A stretch of 64,000 bases of DNA from Massalongia carnosa (lineage: Eukaryota), in contig OZ287075.1 in the NCBI GenBank assembly GCA_965645245.1, positions 744,001-808,000 of the forward strand. The letters run 5' to 3'. This document shows, piece after piece, positions 12,460-25,660 of the stretch (positions are counted from its first letter, which is position 1; the number at the start of each line of letters is the position of its first letter). A model generated the notes under the pieces. That model did no database searches, was not told where the DNA came from, and saw nothing but the letters and a program-made list of their open reading frames with translations. The position numbers were made by a program, and so were the translations under genes.

Positions 12460-14895
12460 GGAGCATTTGACTTTGTTTCGATTAATCAATTGTTAAATGT
12501 CATGAAAAAGCTGCATTTATCTCGCATAGTTATTCAATGGGTCAAGCATTTTATGACAAAACGATCGATCAATTTGATATTCGATGAACACAAAAGCAAA
12601 ACGTACTATATCGAATCTGGAATTCCACAAGGTTCACCAATTTCGCCAATTCTATTTCTGATTTATATTCGTTACTTATTTCCGAAAATACGAATGAAAT
12701 TCAATGCTCATTCACCTAGCTTTATAGACGATGTTGCAATATATGTCGAAAATAAAACTGCCACACAGAATTGCAAAGAAATCGAAATTATCGTCAAAAC
12801 AGCTTTTGATTGGGCCGCAACGAATAATGTCAAATTTGATGACGACAAATCTGAGTTGATTCACTTCGACAAGTCAAGAATGAATCAAAAGACAAAGTGC
12901 AATTACCAAACGGGACAATACTAGAACCGAAAAATTCTGTCAAATGGTTAGGAGTCTGGTTAGACCGAAAACTAAATTACAAAAAACACGTCGAAACGCG
13001 AATTGCTTCTGCAAATCGATCGTTTTTCGCAATTCAAAATTTGATGAAGTCTGAATGGGGACTAAAGCCAACTGCATGCAGACAGCTCTATTTGTCATGC
13101 ATTATTCCTATTTCGGACTATGGCTCAGAAATCTGGTATAACGGTCAAAAGAATTATGAAAAGCTATTTCAGAATCTGCAAAATCGAATGATTCGAAAGA
13201 TTTTAGGCACATTCAAAACGACGCCTGTTCAGGCGATGGAAATTGAATCGCATATTTTACCAGCCAAGCTACGATTGTTGATGAAAAATCAAAAATACGC
13301 AATTCGATTATTGAAGATTGCCGAAAATAATCCTATTTGTCAAAGAATTCCCAGTACCTATACGGTGAAATTTGAAAACATCGGTTTTGACACTAGTTTA
13401 TGGAACAACAGATATGCTGAATGGAACGAAGACGAGAAAAAATCGAGTAAACCTCATCCTAGTCAGCTTATCCGTATTCTTCATTCCGTTTCGGATATAG
13501 TTCACAAAACTGATGAATTCGAATCAGTAAATAATTTCATAAAACCATGGAAGCCGTCTTGTAAAATCAAGTTGCAAATCGAAAGATCAAAAGAAACAGC
13601 AAAGTCAAGTTATTATTCGAATTTATCAAAAATTCAATCAATAAACGCCGATAAATCGCAAATTTTACTCTATACCGATGGATCAAAAACCGAGTTTTCA
13701 ACTTCCGCTGTCACATTTGCACCAATTACGCGAAATTGGAACAATTTCACCGATAACTTCAATCGTTTTATCGAAAAAGATTGTCTCCTCAAACATCATA
13801 CGAATTCGAAAAGCTGGAAATTAAACAAACAGTCAAGCGTTAAAAACGCTGAACTGTATGCGACACTACAAGCAATAAAATGGGCATACAAATTGACAAT
13901 TGCGAATATTCTCTTCAATTTGGAAAGAACGATTTGGATTTTTTCCGATAGCATAAACGCGATAAACGAAATTCAGAACTTGACAAATCATACTTACGCA
14001 AAACAAATTCGAAAATTCTCGAAATGCTTATTCGGAAACAATTATCAGGTGGTTCTACAATGGATTCCTGGTCATTCGAAAATCGTCGAAAATGAAATTG
14101 CAGATAAAGCAGCAAAAGCGGGACATAGTCGAATCCTAGTCGAGTCTTCGATAATAAGATTTGATTATGTGAAGGGTCAAATAAATCGAAATATGTTAGC
14201 CACATGGGCGAATCAATGGCAACAATGCAAGTCAAAAGGCAAATACTATGAGAAATTCGAAATGCAGCCGGGCAAATCGAGTTTTTATTATCTGTCGAAT
14301 AATTGTTCGAAATTAATATTTGCGACTATTATGCAAATGAAATTCGGACACGGTTATTTTCGATCATATCTGCACCGATTGAAAGATTATAATTCGTCAA
14401 AATGCACAGGGCGCTGCAACGAACGTCAAACGCCAGAACACTTATTGATGAATTGCATATATTATTCAAATGAAATCCTAAACATGAAACAAAATATCGA
14501 TACCACAATTACTTTAAAAATGTTGTTTAATACTAGGATCGGAAATAATATTTTGATTAAATTTATTGTTGATAACAAAATCGCGACTAGAAAATGGATG
14601 CTAGGTCAGCTCGATGACGAAAAAATCGAAACGGGAGGTTGGGGAGAGATCGAACAGTAAAATTAGAAATGATTTATGCTGGAATATTTACGAGCTTTAC
14701 AAAAACAAATTTTAAAATCGATATTTCGATTACTAAAGGTTGTTACTAACACGGAGTAAAAACGGGGCAATATTGACGATAGATAGTTGGGTTATAAAGG
14801 GTTGATTTATTTGTAAAATAAAACCATATCTTAAAATAGTTTAGTGTCATAACCTTAGGTTGAATACACTTAATGAATAAATAAAAAAAAAAGAG
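12460..14895 (+). mobile_element. 5'-truncated LINE A1 inserted in sense orientation into ORF1 of another A1 copy
   Basis: Starts mid-RT (GAFDFVS); ORFs 12490-12924 and 12897-14660; 3' UTR and A tail to ~14892; TSD gctcaaatcga at 12449-12459 / 14896-14906. Confidence 0.93.
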
Positions 14896-14979
14896 GCTCA
14901 AATCGACTCTATGAAGTTGCGTGATCAAATTAACGCGCTATTAAAAAACGCAAATTTAAACATCATCGTCAATACTGTT

Positions 14980-17900
14980 TTTTTTTTTTATTCATTAAGT
15001 GTATTCAACCTAAGGTTATGACACTAAACTATTTTAAGATATGGTTTTATTTTACAAATAAATCAACCCTTTATAACCCAACTATGTATCGTCAATATTG
15101 CCCCGTTTTTACTCCGTGTTAGTAACAACCTTTAGTAATCGAAATATCGATTTTACAATTTGTTTTTGTAAAGCTCGTAAATATTCCAGCATAAATCATT
15201 TCTAATTTTACTGTTCGATCTCTCCCCAACCTCCCGTTTCGATATTTTCGTCATCGAGCTGACCTAGCATCCATTTTCTAGTCGCGATTTTGTTATCAAC
15301 AATAAATTTAATCAAAATATTATTTCCGATCCTAGTATTAAACAACATTTTTAAATAAATTGTGGTATCGATATTTTGTTTCATGTTTAGCATTTCATTT
15401 GAATAATGTATGCAATTCATCAATAAGTGTTCTGGCGTTTGACGTTCGTTGCAGCGCCCTGTGCATTTCGACGAATTATAATCTTTCAATCGGTGCAGAT
15501 ATGATCGAAAATAACCGTGTACGAATTTCATTTGCATAATAGTCGCAAATATTAATTTCGAACAATTATTCGACAGATAATAAAAACTCGATTTGCCCGG
15601 CTGCATTTCGAATTTCTCATAGTATTTGCCTTTTGACTTGCATTGTTGCCATTGATTCGCCCATGTGGCTAACATATTTCGATTTATTTGACCCTTTACA
15701 TAATCAAATGTTATTATCGAAGACTCGACTAGGATTCGACTATGTCCCGCTTTTGCTGCTTTATCTGCAATTTCATTTTCGACGATTTTCGAATGACTAG
15801 GAATCCATTGTAGAACCACCAGATAATTGTTTCCGAATAAGAATTTCGAGAATTTTCGAATTTGTTTTGCGTAAGTATGATTTGTCAAGTTCTGAATTTC
15901 ATTTATCGCGTTTATGCTATCGGAAAAAATCCAAATCGTTTTTTCCAAATTGAAGAGAATATTCGCAATTGTCAATTTGTATGCCCATTTTATTGCTTGT
16001 AGTATCGCATACAGTTCAGCGTTTTTAACGCTTGACTGTTTGTTTAATTTCCAGCTTTTCGAAATCGTATGATGTTTGAGGAGACAATCTTTTTCGATAA
16101 AACGATTGAAGTTATCGGTGAAATTGTTCCAAATTCGCATAATTGGTGCAAATGTGACAGCGGAAGTTGAAAACTCGGTTTTTGATCCATCGGTATACAG
16201 TAACATTCGCTATTTATCGGCGTTTATTGATTGAATTTTTGATAAAGTCGAATAATAACTTGACTTTGCTGTTTCTTTGGATCTTTCGATTTGGAACTTG
16301 ATTTTACAAGACGGCTTCCATGGTTTGATGAAATTATTTACCGATTCGAATTCATCAGTTTTGTGAACTATATCCGAAACGGAATGGAGAATACGGATAA
16401 GCTGACTAGGATGAGCTTTACTCGATTTTTTCTCGTCTTCGTTCCATTCAGCATATCAGTTGTTCCATAAACTAGTGTCAAAACCGATGTTTTCGAATTT
16501 CACAGAATAGGTACTGGGAATTCTTTGACAAATAGGATTATTTTCGGCAATCTTCAATAATCGAATTGCGTATTTTTGATTTTTCATCAACAATCGTAGC
16601 TTGGCTGGTAAAATATGCGATTCAATTTCCATCGCCTGAACAGGCGTGGTTTTGAATGTGCCTAAAATCTTTCGAATCATTCGATTTTGCAGATTCTGAA
16701 ATAGCTTTTCATATTTCTTTTGACCGTTATACCAGATTTCTGAGCCATAGTCCGAAATAGGAATAATGCATGACAGATAGAGCTGTCTGTATACAGTTGG
16801 CTTTAGTCCCCATTCAGACTTTATCAAATATTGAATTGCGAAAAACGATCGATTTGCAGAAGCAATTCGCGTTTCGACGTGTTTTTTGTAATTTAGTTTT
16901 CGGTCTAACCATACTCCTAACCATTTGACAGAATTTTTCGGTTCTAGTATTGTCCCGTTTGGTAATTGCACTTTGTCTTTTGATGCATTCTTGACTTGTC
17001 GAAGTGAATCAACTCAGATTTGTCGTCATCAAATTTGACATTATTCGTTGCGGCCCAATCAAAAGCTGTTTTGACGATAATTTCGATTTCTTTGCAATTC
17101 TGTGTAGCAGTTTTATTTTCGACATATATTGTAACATCGTCTATAAAGCTAGGTGAATGAGCATTGAATTTCATTCGTATTTTCGGAAATAAGTAACGAA
17201 TATAAATCAGAAATAGAATTGGCGAAATAGGTGAACCTTGTGAAATTCCAGATTCGATATAGTACGTTTTGCTTTTGTGTTCATCGAATATCAAATTGAT
17301 CGATCGTTTTGTCATAAAATGCTTGACCCATTGAATAACTATGCGAGATAAATGCAGCTTTTTCATGACATTTAGCAATTGATTAATCGAAACAAAGTCA
17401 AATGCTCCTTTGATATCGAGTAATAGACATGATAAAACGTTTTTGTTTCGGTTTGCGATTTCAATATCATGAACGACGTTCATTACCGCATCGATTGCAG
17501 AATGATTTTTCCGTCCGCCCATTTGTTCGGTATCTAACAAGCTCGAATTTTCGCCGAGGTAGGCTAGTCGATTAGCAACTATTTTCTCCGCAATTTTACC
17601 AAGACAATTCAGTAAGGTAATAATTCGATATGATTTTGGCAGCGAGTAGTCTGGTTTATTAGGTTTTTTTAAAACTGCACCGAGTCCTGTTCGCCAACAT
17701 GACGGGTGATAACCGATTTGTAGAAATTTAGAAAAAATAGTAAAAAACACGTTTTTCAATGGTTGAAACGATTTTTGAATTATTGTGAAATTGATTGCAT
17801 CAGGTCCACATGATTTCTTTGGATTAAACAAACTAATCGCATTTTGCAATTCATTTTCGGTTAAATTCGGCCAATTGTTGTCATTTTCGCTGTCTTGATT

Positions 17901-20550
17901 CGTTAAATCTTCAATATTATCATCCGTGAACGGGTTTTTTGTGTACATTGCTGACATAAACGCATCGCATTTGTGATCGAATTGAACATTTAACTTATTT
18001 TCATGTTGAATAGGTGGTATTTTTTCGAACATGCGCGGTTTAGTGTATTTATAAGCTGTAAATACTTCTTTATTAGCTGCGTTTTCGAGGAAAGCTAACC
18101 AAGTTTGCTGTTTCGCTTTTCGAATTGCATGAAAGTACTCGATTCGACTATGTCTAAAGGTTTGATGACTAAAATAGGACGGATTATTCTTCCATTCTCG
18201 ACGATGTCTACACATGATTTTTCGAAGTCCGGATAAATCTTGCGACCACCAATTTTTCGATTTTGCGCATATTTTTGTCTTCGGAATAAACATTTCAGCC
18301 GCGTTTTTCATAACGTTTTGCAAATATAACGCTAATTCATCAAATTGATAATTGTTCAATAGACTTTGTATTTGGGAATCGTAGTTTATTGCATTTTCGT
18401 CTAGAAACTTCGCGAATTTATCCCAATCGGCTTTATTGCAGTTGTATTTATTCGATAATGCGATTGCGTGTGACGTCAAGTTCTTGAAAGACGCGATAAT
18501 TTCAAATCGAATAACTTCATGATCTGAACCCGTTACTGCGTTTTCATCGATTGACCAATTTGTAATTGCGTTTTCGATTTTAGAATTTGCAAATGTTAAA
18601 TCAATAATAGATGAAGAGTTTCCTGAGTGAGCAAAAAATGTATATAGATCAGGCGTATTTATCAAACTACATTTGTTTAATTTTAACCATTTGACTAGAT
18701 TTTCTGATCGAATTGCATTTTGAATCTTCGAATTCCACCAGCTATGATGTGCATTGAAATCTCCACATATGACAAATTGATCAGTTGATATAGGTTGATA
18801 TTTAACTAAAAGTCGATCGATTGTATATGTTTCTCGATCGTTTAGACTTTTTTCATTGTAAAGGTTAAAAATCTGCACTTTTCGAACTTCATCAATTGTA
18901 ATTTCGATAATTTGCAGATCAGTATCGTCTATAAGATCCGTTCTAGGCGTGCATTGTAATTTTGGATTGCATTTTGTAACGAATATAGCTACTCTCGACC
19001 GATATGTCGCTATTTTCGGCATAATACATGTGAATGACGGATGGGAAATTGTTTTTTGATCTCGCGTCCATGGTTCCTGAAATAAAACAATATCAACACG
19101 ATTTAATACTGCATATTCCAGACACGAAATCATTGCATTCGTTGACTTTGCACAATTATGTTGAATAAATTTGACATTTTGTGTATTTTCGATATTTGTC
19201 AACGAATGTTATCCCGCCATTAACCAAGCATTAATTTATCATTCGATTTTCTAGGATTTAGCGAGATAAACATTTCGCATCCTACATCGTTCGATTGATG
19301 ATTTTTGTTGCAATTGACGCATTTCAGAATTGCATGTGCGCATGCGATTTTAGACTTGCATGTTGTGCATCCATGATTATGCGTTTCATGACTTTGTGCG
19401 CATATATTGCATTTTGCCGGACTTTTGCATTGATAATGCTTATGTCCAAATTTCTGACAATTAATATATTGCGTGTTTGGACGAACGGAAGCAAATATTT
19501 CCGTGACACAATGTCTACCCGCGATATTCACGCCTCTTAACGCGTTTGACGCTTGATTCTGATTATTGAAAGTCAAAACTACCGACGACGTGACTTTGTT
19601 TTGACGATCCCGAGCAAGCCATCTTGGTAAATCGCATAGTTGCATATTCGAATTGTATTTTTCGATTTCGGTTTGCAAATATTGCATGTTATTATCGAAT
19701 AACGAGATATTTACTCCGTGTGCTATGACTTTAAACCAGGATTCGTCTTTTCGAATTCTTTGTGATTCGAAAATGTTTTCCCATGAAGATTTATTTTTCA
19801 ACAATTCTTCGGCATTGTTGTGAGGGCTAGTGGTGAGAACGATATTCTGACCGGTTTTGGACTTTTCAACAGTATTGACGACAATTCGATCAGAAAATCT
19901 TGGATGTGATCGATCCCAAAAGCCAACCCTCAAAACATCGGTACCCTATATTTTGATATACTGAAACTTTCCCAACTTATTCTCATCATTCTTCTTATTC
20001 ATTTGAGCCTACCAGAAGCTAAAACCCATCAGAATTGGGTACAGGAGAGCTCTTCCACTGCTCCTGCAGAGTTTTCCTCGCGGTCTGTCCGCCCCTTCAC
20101 CAAAAAGCGCGTCCCAAAAATCTACAAAACACAAAAACACCAACAACAACGTCAAAAATCGCTCGATTTTCGATATTTCTTCGGTTTAATTGTCGCATAG
20201 ATCTCATCTATTATCACAAAAATCATCTACAAAATATCATCACTGTCGCGTGACTGTACAACCTGTTCTCGAGACAACAAAACTTCTTGGTGTTCATTTG
20301 AAATTTAAGGTTACCAGTACCGTATACACTATTCCATTTTGGGTTTTTTCGATTTTCGTTGAACTGCCGACTAACAATCTGCTGAAACGAAGGGGAAAAA
20401 CGTCTGAAATAGTGTTAAAACAAAGGCCCTGTTTGAGGCTAACCAGAATAGGAAGTCTCCTACTCTCTCATTGTACTTGATTTTTATTTCTGGATCAAAA
20501 ACATTTTTTAAAATAAAAAAATTTAATTTTCTGTTCGATCGTAAAATTCT
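14980..20550 (-). mobile_element. LINE A1 insertion with inverted 5' UTR segment (twin-priming type)
   Basis: Tail at 14980; minus-strand body to 19881 (mid ORF1); ~38-nt junction; plus-strand 5' UTR at 19919-20550; 33-bp duplication at 14947-14979 / 20551-20583. Confidence 0.88.
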
Positions 20551-23500
20551 AACGCAAATTTAAACATCATCGTCAATACTGTTGAAAAGTCCAAAACCGG
20601 TCAGAATATCGTTCTCACCACTAGCCCTGACAACAATGCCGAAGAATTCTTGAAAAATAAATCTTCATGGGAACACATTTTCGAATCACAAAGAATTCGA
20701 AAAGACGAATCCTGGTTTAAAGTCATAGCACACGGAGTAAATATCTCGTTATTCGATAATAACATGCAATATTTGCAAACCGAAATCGAAAAATACAATT
20801 CGAATATGCAACTATGCGATTTACCAAGATGGCTTGCTCGGGATCGTCAAAACAAAGTCACGTCGTCGGTAGTTTTGACTTTCAATAATCAGAATCAAGC
20901 GTCAAACGCGTTAAAAGGCGTGAATATCGCGGGTAGACATTGTGTCACGGAAATATTTGCTTCCGTTCGTCCAAACACGCAATATATTAATTGTCAGAAA
21001 TTTGGACATAAGCATTATCAATGCAAAAGTCCGGCAAAATGCAATATATGCGCACAAAGTCATGAAACGCATAATCATGGATGCACAACATGCAAGTCTA
21101 AAATCGCATGCGCACATGCAATTCTGAAATGCGTCAATTGCAACAAAAATCATCAATCGAACGATGTAGGATGCGAAATGTTTATCTCGCTAAATCCTAG
21201 AAAATCGAATGATAAATTAATGCTTGGTTAATGGCGGGATAACATTCGTTGACAAATATCGAAAATACACAAAATGTCGAATTTATTCAACATAATTGTG
21301 CAAAGTCAACGAATGCAATGATTTCGTGTATGGAATATGCAGTATTGAATCGTGTTGATATTGTTTTTTTTCAGGAACCATGGACGCGAGATCAAAAACA
21401 ATTTCCCATCCGTCATTAACATATATTATGCCGAAAATAGCGACTTATCGGCCGAGAGTAGCTATATTCGTTACAAAATGCAATCCAAAAATACAATGCA
21501 CGCCTAGAACGGATCTTATTAACGATTCTGATCTGCAAATTATCGAAATTATAATTGATGAAGTTCGAAAAGTGCGGATCTTTAACTTTTACAATGAAAA
21601 AAGTCTAAAGGTTCGAGAAACATATACAATCGATCGACTTTTAGTCAAATATCAACCTATATCAACTGCTCAATTTGTCATCTGTGGAGATTTCAATACA
21701 CATCATAACTGGTGGAATTCGAAGATCCAAAATGCAATTCGATCAGAAAATCTAGTCAAATGGTTAAAATTAAACAAATGTAGTTTGATAAATACTCCTG
21801 ATCTATATACATATTTTGCTCATTCAGGAAACTCTTCATCTATTATTGCTTTAACATTTGCAAATTATAAAATCGAAAACGCAATTACAAATTGGTCAAT
21901 CGATGAAAACGCAATCACGGGTTCAGATCATGAAGTTATTCGATTTGAACTTATCGCGTCTTTCAAGAACTTGAGATCACACGCAACCGCATTATCGAAT
22001 AATTACAACTGCCATAAAGACGATTGGGATAAATTCGCGAAGTTTCTAGACGAAAATGCAATTAACTACGAGTCACAAATACAAAGCCTATTGAACAATT
22101 ATCAATTTGACGAATATGCGTTATATTTGCAAAACATTATCAAAAACGCGGCTGAAATGTTTATTCCGAAGACAAAATGATGCGCAAAACCGAAAATTTG
22201 GTGGTCGCAAGATTTAACCGGACTTCGAAAAATCATGTGTAGACATCGTCGAGAATGGAAGAATAATCCATCTTATTTTAGTCATCAAATATTTAGACAT
22301 AGTCGAATCGAGTACTTTTATGCAATTCGAAAAGCGAAACAGCAAACTTGGTTAGCTTTCCTCGAAAACGTAGCGAATAAAGACGCATTTACAGCTTATA
22401 AATACACTAAACCGCGCATGTTCGAAAAAAAAGCACCTATTCAATGTGAAAACAAGTTAAATGTTCAATTCGATCACAAATGCGATGCGTTTGTGTCAGC
22501 AATGTACACAAAAAACCCGTTCACGGACGATAATATTGAAGATTTAAGGAATCAAGACAGCGAAAATGACAAAAATTCGCCGAATTTAACCGAAAATGAA
22601 TTGCAAAATGCGATTAGTTTGTTTAATCCAAAGAAATCATGTGGACCTGATGCAAGCAATTTCACAATAGTTCAAAAATCGTTTCAACAATTGAAAAACT
22701 GGTTTTTTACTATTTATTCTAAATTTATAAAAATCGGTTATCACCCGTTATGCTGGCGAACAGGACTCGGTGCAGTTTTAAAAAAAACCTAATAAACCAG
22801 ACTACTCGCTGCCAAAATCATATCGAGTTATTGTATTACTGAATTTTCTTGGTAGAATTGCGGAGAAAATAGTTGGTAATCGACTAGCCTACCTCGGCGA
22901 AAATTCGAGCTTGTTAGATACCGAACAAATGGGCGGACGGAAAAATCAATCTGCAATCGATGCGGTAATGAACGTCGTTCATGATATCGAAATCGCAAAC
23001 CGAAACAAAAACGTTTTATCATGTCTATTACTCAATGTCAAAGGAGCATTTGACTTTTTTTCGATTAATCAATTGCTAAATGTCATGAAAAAGCTGCATT
23101 TATCTCGCATAGTTATTCAATGGGTCAAGCATTTTATGACAAAACGATCGATCAATTTGATATTCGCTGAACACAAAAGCAAAACGTACTATATCGAATC
23201 TGGAATTCCACAAGGTTCACCCATTTCGCCAATTCTATTTCTGATTTATATTCGTTACTTATTTCTGAAAATAGGAATGAAGTTTAATGCTCATTCACCT
23301 AGCTTTATAGACGATGTTGCAATATATGTCGAAAGTTAAACTGCCAAACAGAATTGCAAAGAAATCGAAATTATCGTCATAACAGCTTTTAATTGGGCCG
23401 CAACGAATAATGTCAAATTTGATGACGACAGGTCTGAGTTGATTCACTTCGAAAAGTCAAGAAATGCATCAAAAGACAAAGTGCAATTACCAAACGGGAC

Positions 23501-24797
23501 AATACTAGAACCGAAAAATTCTGTCAAATGGTTAGGAGTCTGGTTAGACCGAAAACTAAATTACAAAAAACAAGTCGAAACGCGAATTGCTTCTGCAAAT
23601 CGATCGTTTTTCGCAATTCAAAATATGATGAAGTCTGAATGGGGACTAAAGCCAACTGCATGCGGACAGCTCAATTTGTCATGCATTAATCCTATTTCGG
23701 ACTATGGCTCAGAAATCTGGTATAATGGTCAAAAGAAATTTAATTGTCAAAAATTTGGACACAATCATTATCAATGCAAAAGTCAAGCGAAATGCAGCAT
23801 ATGTGCGCAAAACCATGAAACACGCAATCATGAATGCACAATATGCAAGTCAACAATTGCTTGTGCACACATAGTCGTCAAATGCGCGAATTTCAACAAG
23901 AATCATCAATGCAATGATGGAAATTGTGAAATGGTTATATCGTTAAATGTTCTAAAATCGACTGACGAATTAGCCGCTTTGTAATGGCAGGACAGCATTC
24001 GTTGACAAACATCGAAAATACAAAAAATGTTAAATTTATTCAACATAATTATGCAAAGTCAACGAATGCAATGATATCGTGTTTGGAATATGCTTTATCA
24101 AATCAAACTGATATTGTTTTGTTTCAGGAACCATGGACACGAGATCAAAAAACAATATCACATCCGTCATTTACATGTATTATGCCAAAAATAGCAACTT
24201 ATCGCTCGAGAGTAGCTATATTTATCACAAAAGGCAATCCCAAACTGCAATGCACGCCTAGAACGGATCTTATTGATGATTTCGATATGCAAATAATTGA
24301 AATTACAATTGATTAAGTTCGAAAAGTGCAGATTTTCAATATTTATAATGAAAAAATTCAAAGTGATCGAGAAACATACACGATCGATCGACTTTTAATC
24401 CAATTACAACCTTAATCAACTAATCAATTCGTCATCTGTAGAGATTTCAATGCAAATCATAACTGGTGGAATTCGAAAATTCAACAAGCAATTCGATCAG
24501 AAAATCTTGTCAAATGGTTGAAATTAAACAGGTGTAGTTTGATAAACACACCATTATATATATACTACGCCCATACTGGAAGTTCTTCATCTGTTATTGA
24601 TTTAACATTTGCAAATTGTAAAATCGAAAATGCAATTACAAATTAGTCAATCGATAAAAACGCAGTCACAGATTCTGATCATGAAGTCATCCGATTTGAA
24701 CTAATCGCATCTTTCAAAAAATTGACGTCACATGCAACCGCATTATCTAATAAATACAATTGCAATAAAGCCGATTGGAATAAATTCGCGAAGTATC

Positions 24798-25034
24798 TGT
24801 CGAAAGCCGATTAGTCAGTTGGATGATAGCACTACCTGCACTCGATCACGTGACCCTATGTAAATGCATGGCTAGTGAAGGAGCCTAATAGGCTAGCTCC
24901 GAGTAAGCTGCGGGAGCTAAATCACTAGCTTAGAAGATTAGGGCATCTCAACTGTATATAGAAGGCTTCGCCCACCTAGCTAGAGAATCAAGCAATCTAC
25001 TACCTATGCTTCGTTCACCTATGTCTTTTTAATA
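24798..25034. mobile_element. Decayed solo LTR (237 bp)
   Basis: Insertion relative to the empty site (aaatatctagacgaaaat at ~4991); starts TGTCGAAAG and ends with degenerate CTTTTTAATA; near-TSD gtatc/gtacc; TATA-like tgtatataga near 24953. Confidence 0.72.
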
Positions 25035-25442
25035 GTACCTAAACGAAAATTCAACCATCTACGAATCACAAGTTCAAAGTTTATTGAATAATCATCAATT
25101 CGACGAATCAGCGATATATTTGCAAAAGATTATCAAAAACGCGGCTGAAATCTTTATTCCGAAAACAAATATTTGCTCAAAATCGAAAAATTGGTGGTCG
25201 CAAGATTTAACTGAACTTCGAAAAACCATGTGCAGACATCGTCGAGAATGGAAGAATTATCCGTCCGATTTTAGTCATCGGACGTTTAAACATAGTCGAA
25301 TCGAGTATTTTCATGCAATTCGAAAAGCAAAACAACAAACATGGTTGACATTTCTATAAAATGCAGACAATAAAGATGTATTTACCGCGTATAAATACAC
25401 TAAACCGCGCATATTCGAAAAAATACCGCCGATTCTACATGA

Positions 25443-25615
25443 TGTCAGGGTCCTGAGGTCACCTGACATCAGACTAGCATCGATTAGGTAATGTGCCGAG
25501 GAACCGACTTTTCAGGGGTTATATAGAACTCCGCCCGAGTAAAGCTTTTAGACTTCGTCTGAAGATTTTGGTGTAGAACTAGGCTATTGAAATTGAACTC
25601 GTTTTATCCCTCACA
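25443..25615 (+). repeat. 5' LTR of the chromovirus
   Basis: tgtcaggg...ccctcaca; identical by eye to 31320-31492; TATA-like ttatatag at ~25519. Confidence 0.97.
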
Positions 25616-25616
25616 C

Positions 25617-25627
25617 AATCTTCAGAC
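25617..25627 (+). promoter_or_regulatory. Putative self-priming primer-binding site
   Basis: aatcttcagac is the exact reverse complement of gtctgaagatt in the LTR (25557-25567); there is no TGG tRNA-type PBS. Confidence 0.8.
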
Positions 25628-25660
25628 CTACAATCAGAATCATTAGGCTAATCAGAAAAC

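Larger units (their letters stand above)
10412..23739 (+). mobile_element. LINE A1 host copy (5' UTR, ORF1 from ATG 11598, ORF2 to the RT C-terminus), interrupted by three insertions
   Basis: Segments 10412-10704, 11000-12459, 14907-14979 and 20584-23739 join colinearly with the intact copy once the inserts at 10705, 12460 and 14980 and their TSDs are removed. ORF2 has a TAA at codon 4. Confidence 0.88.
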
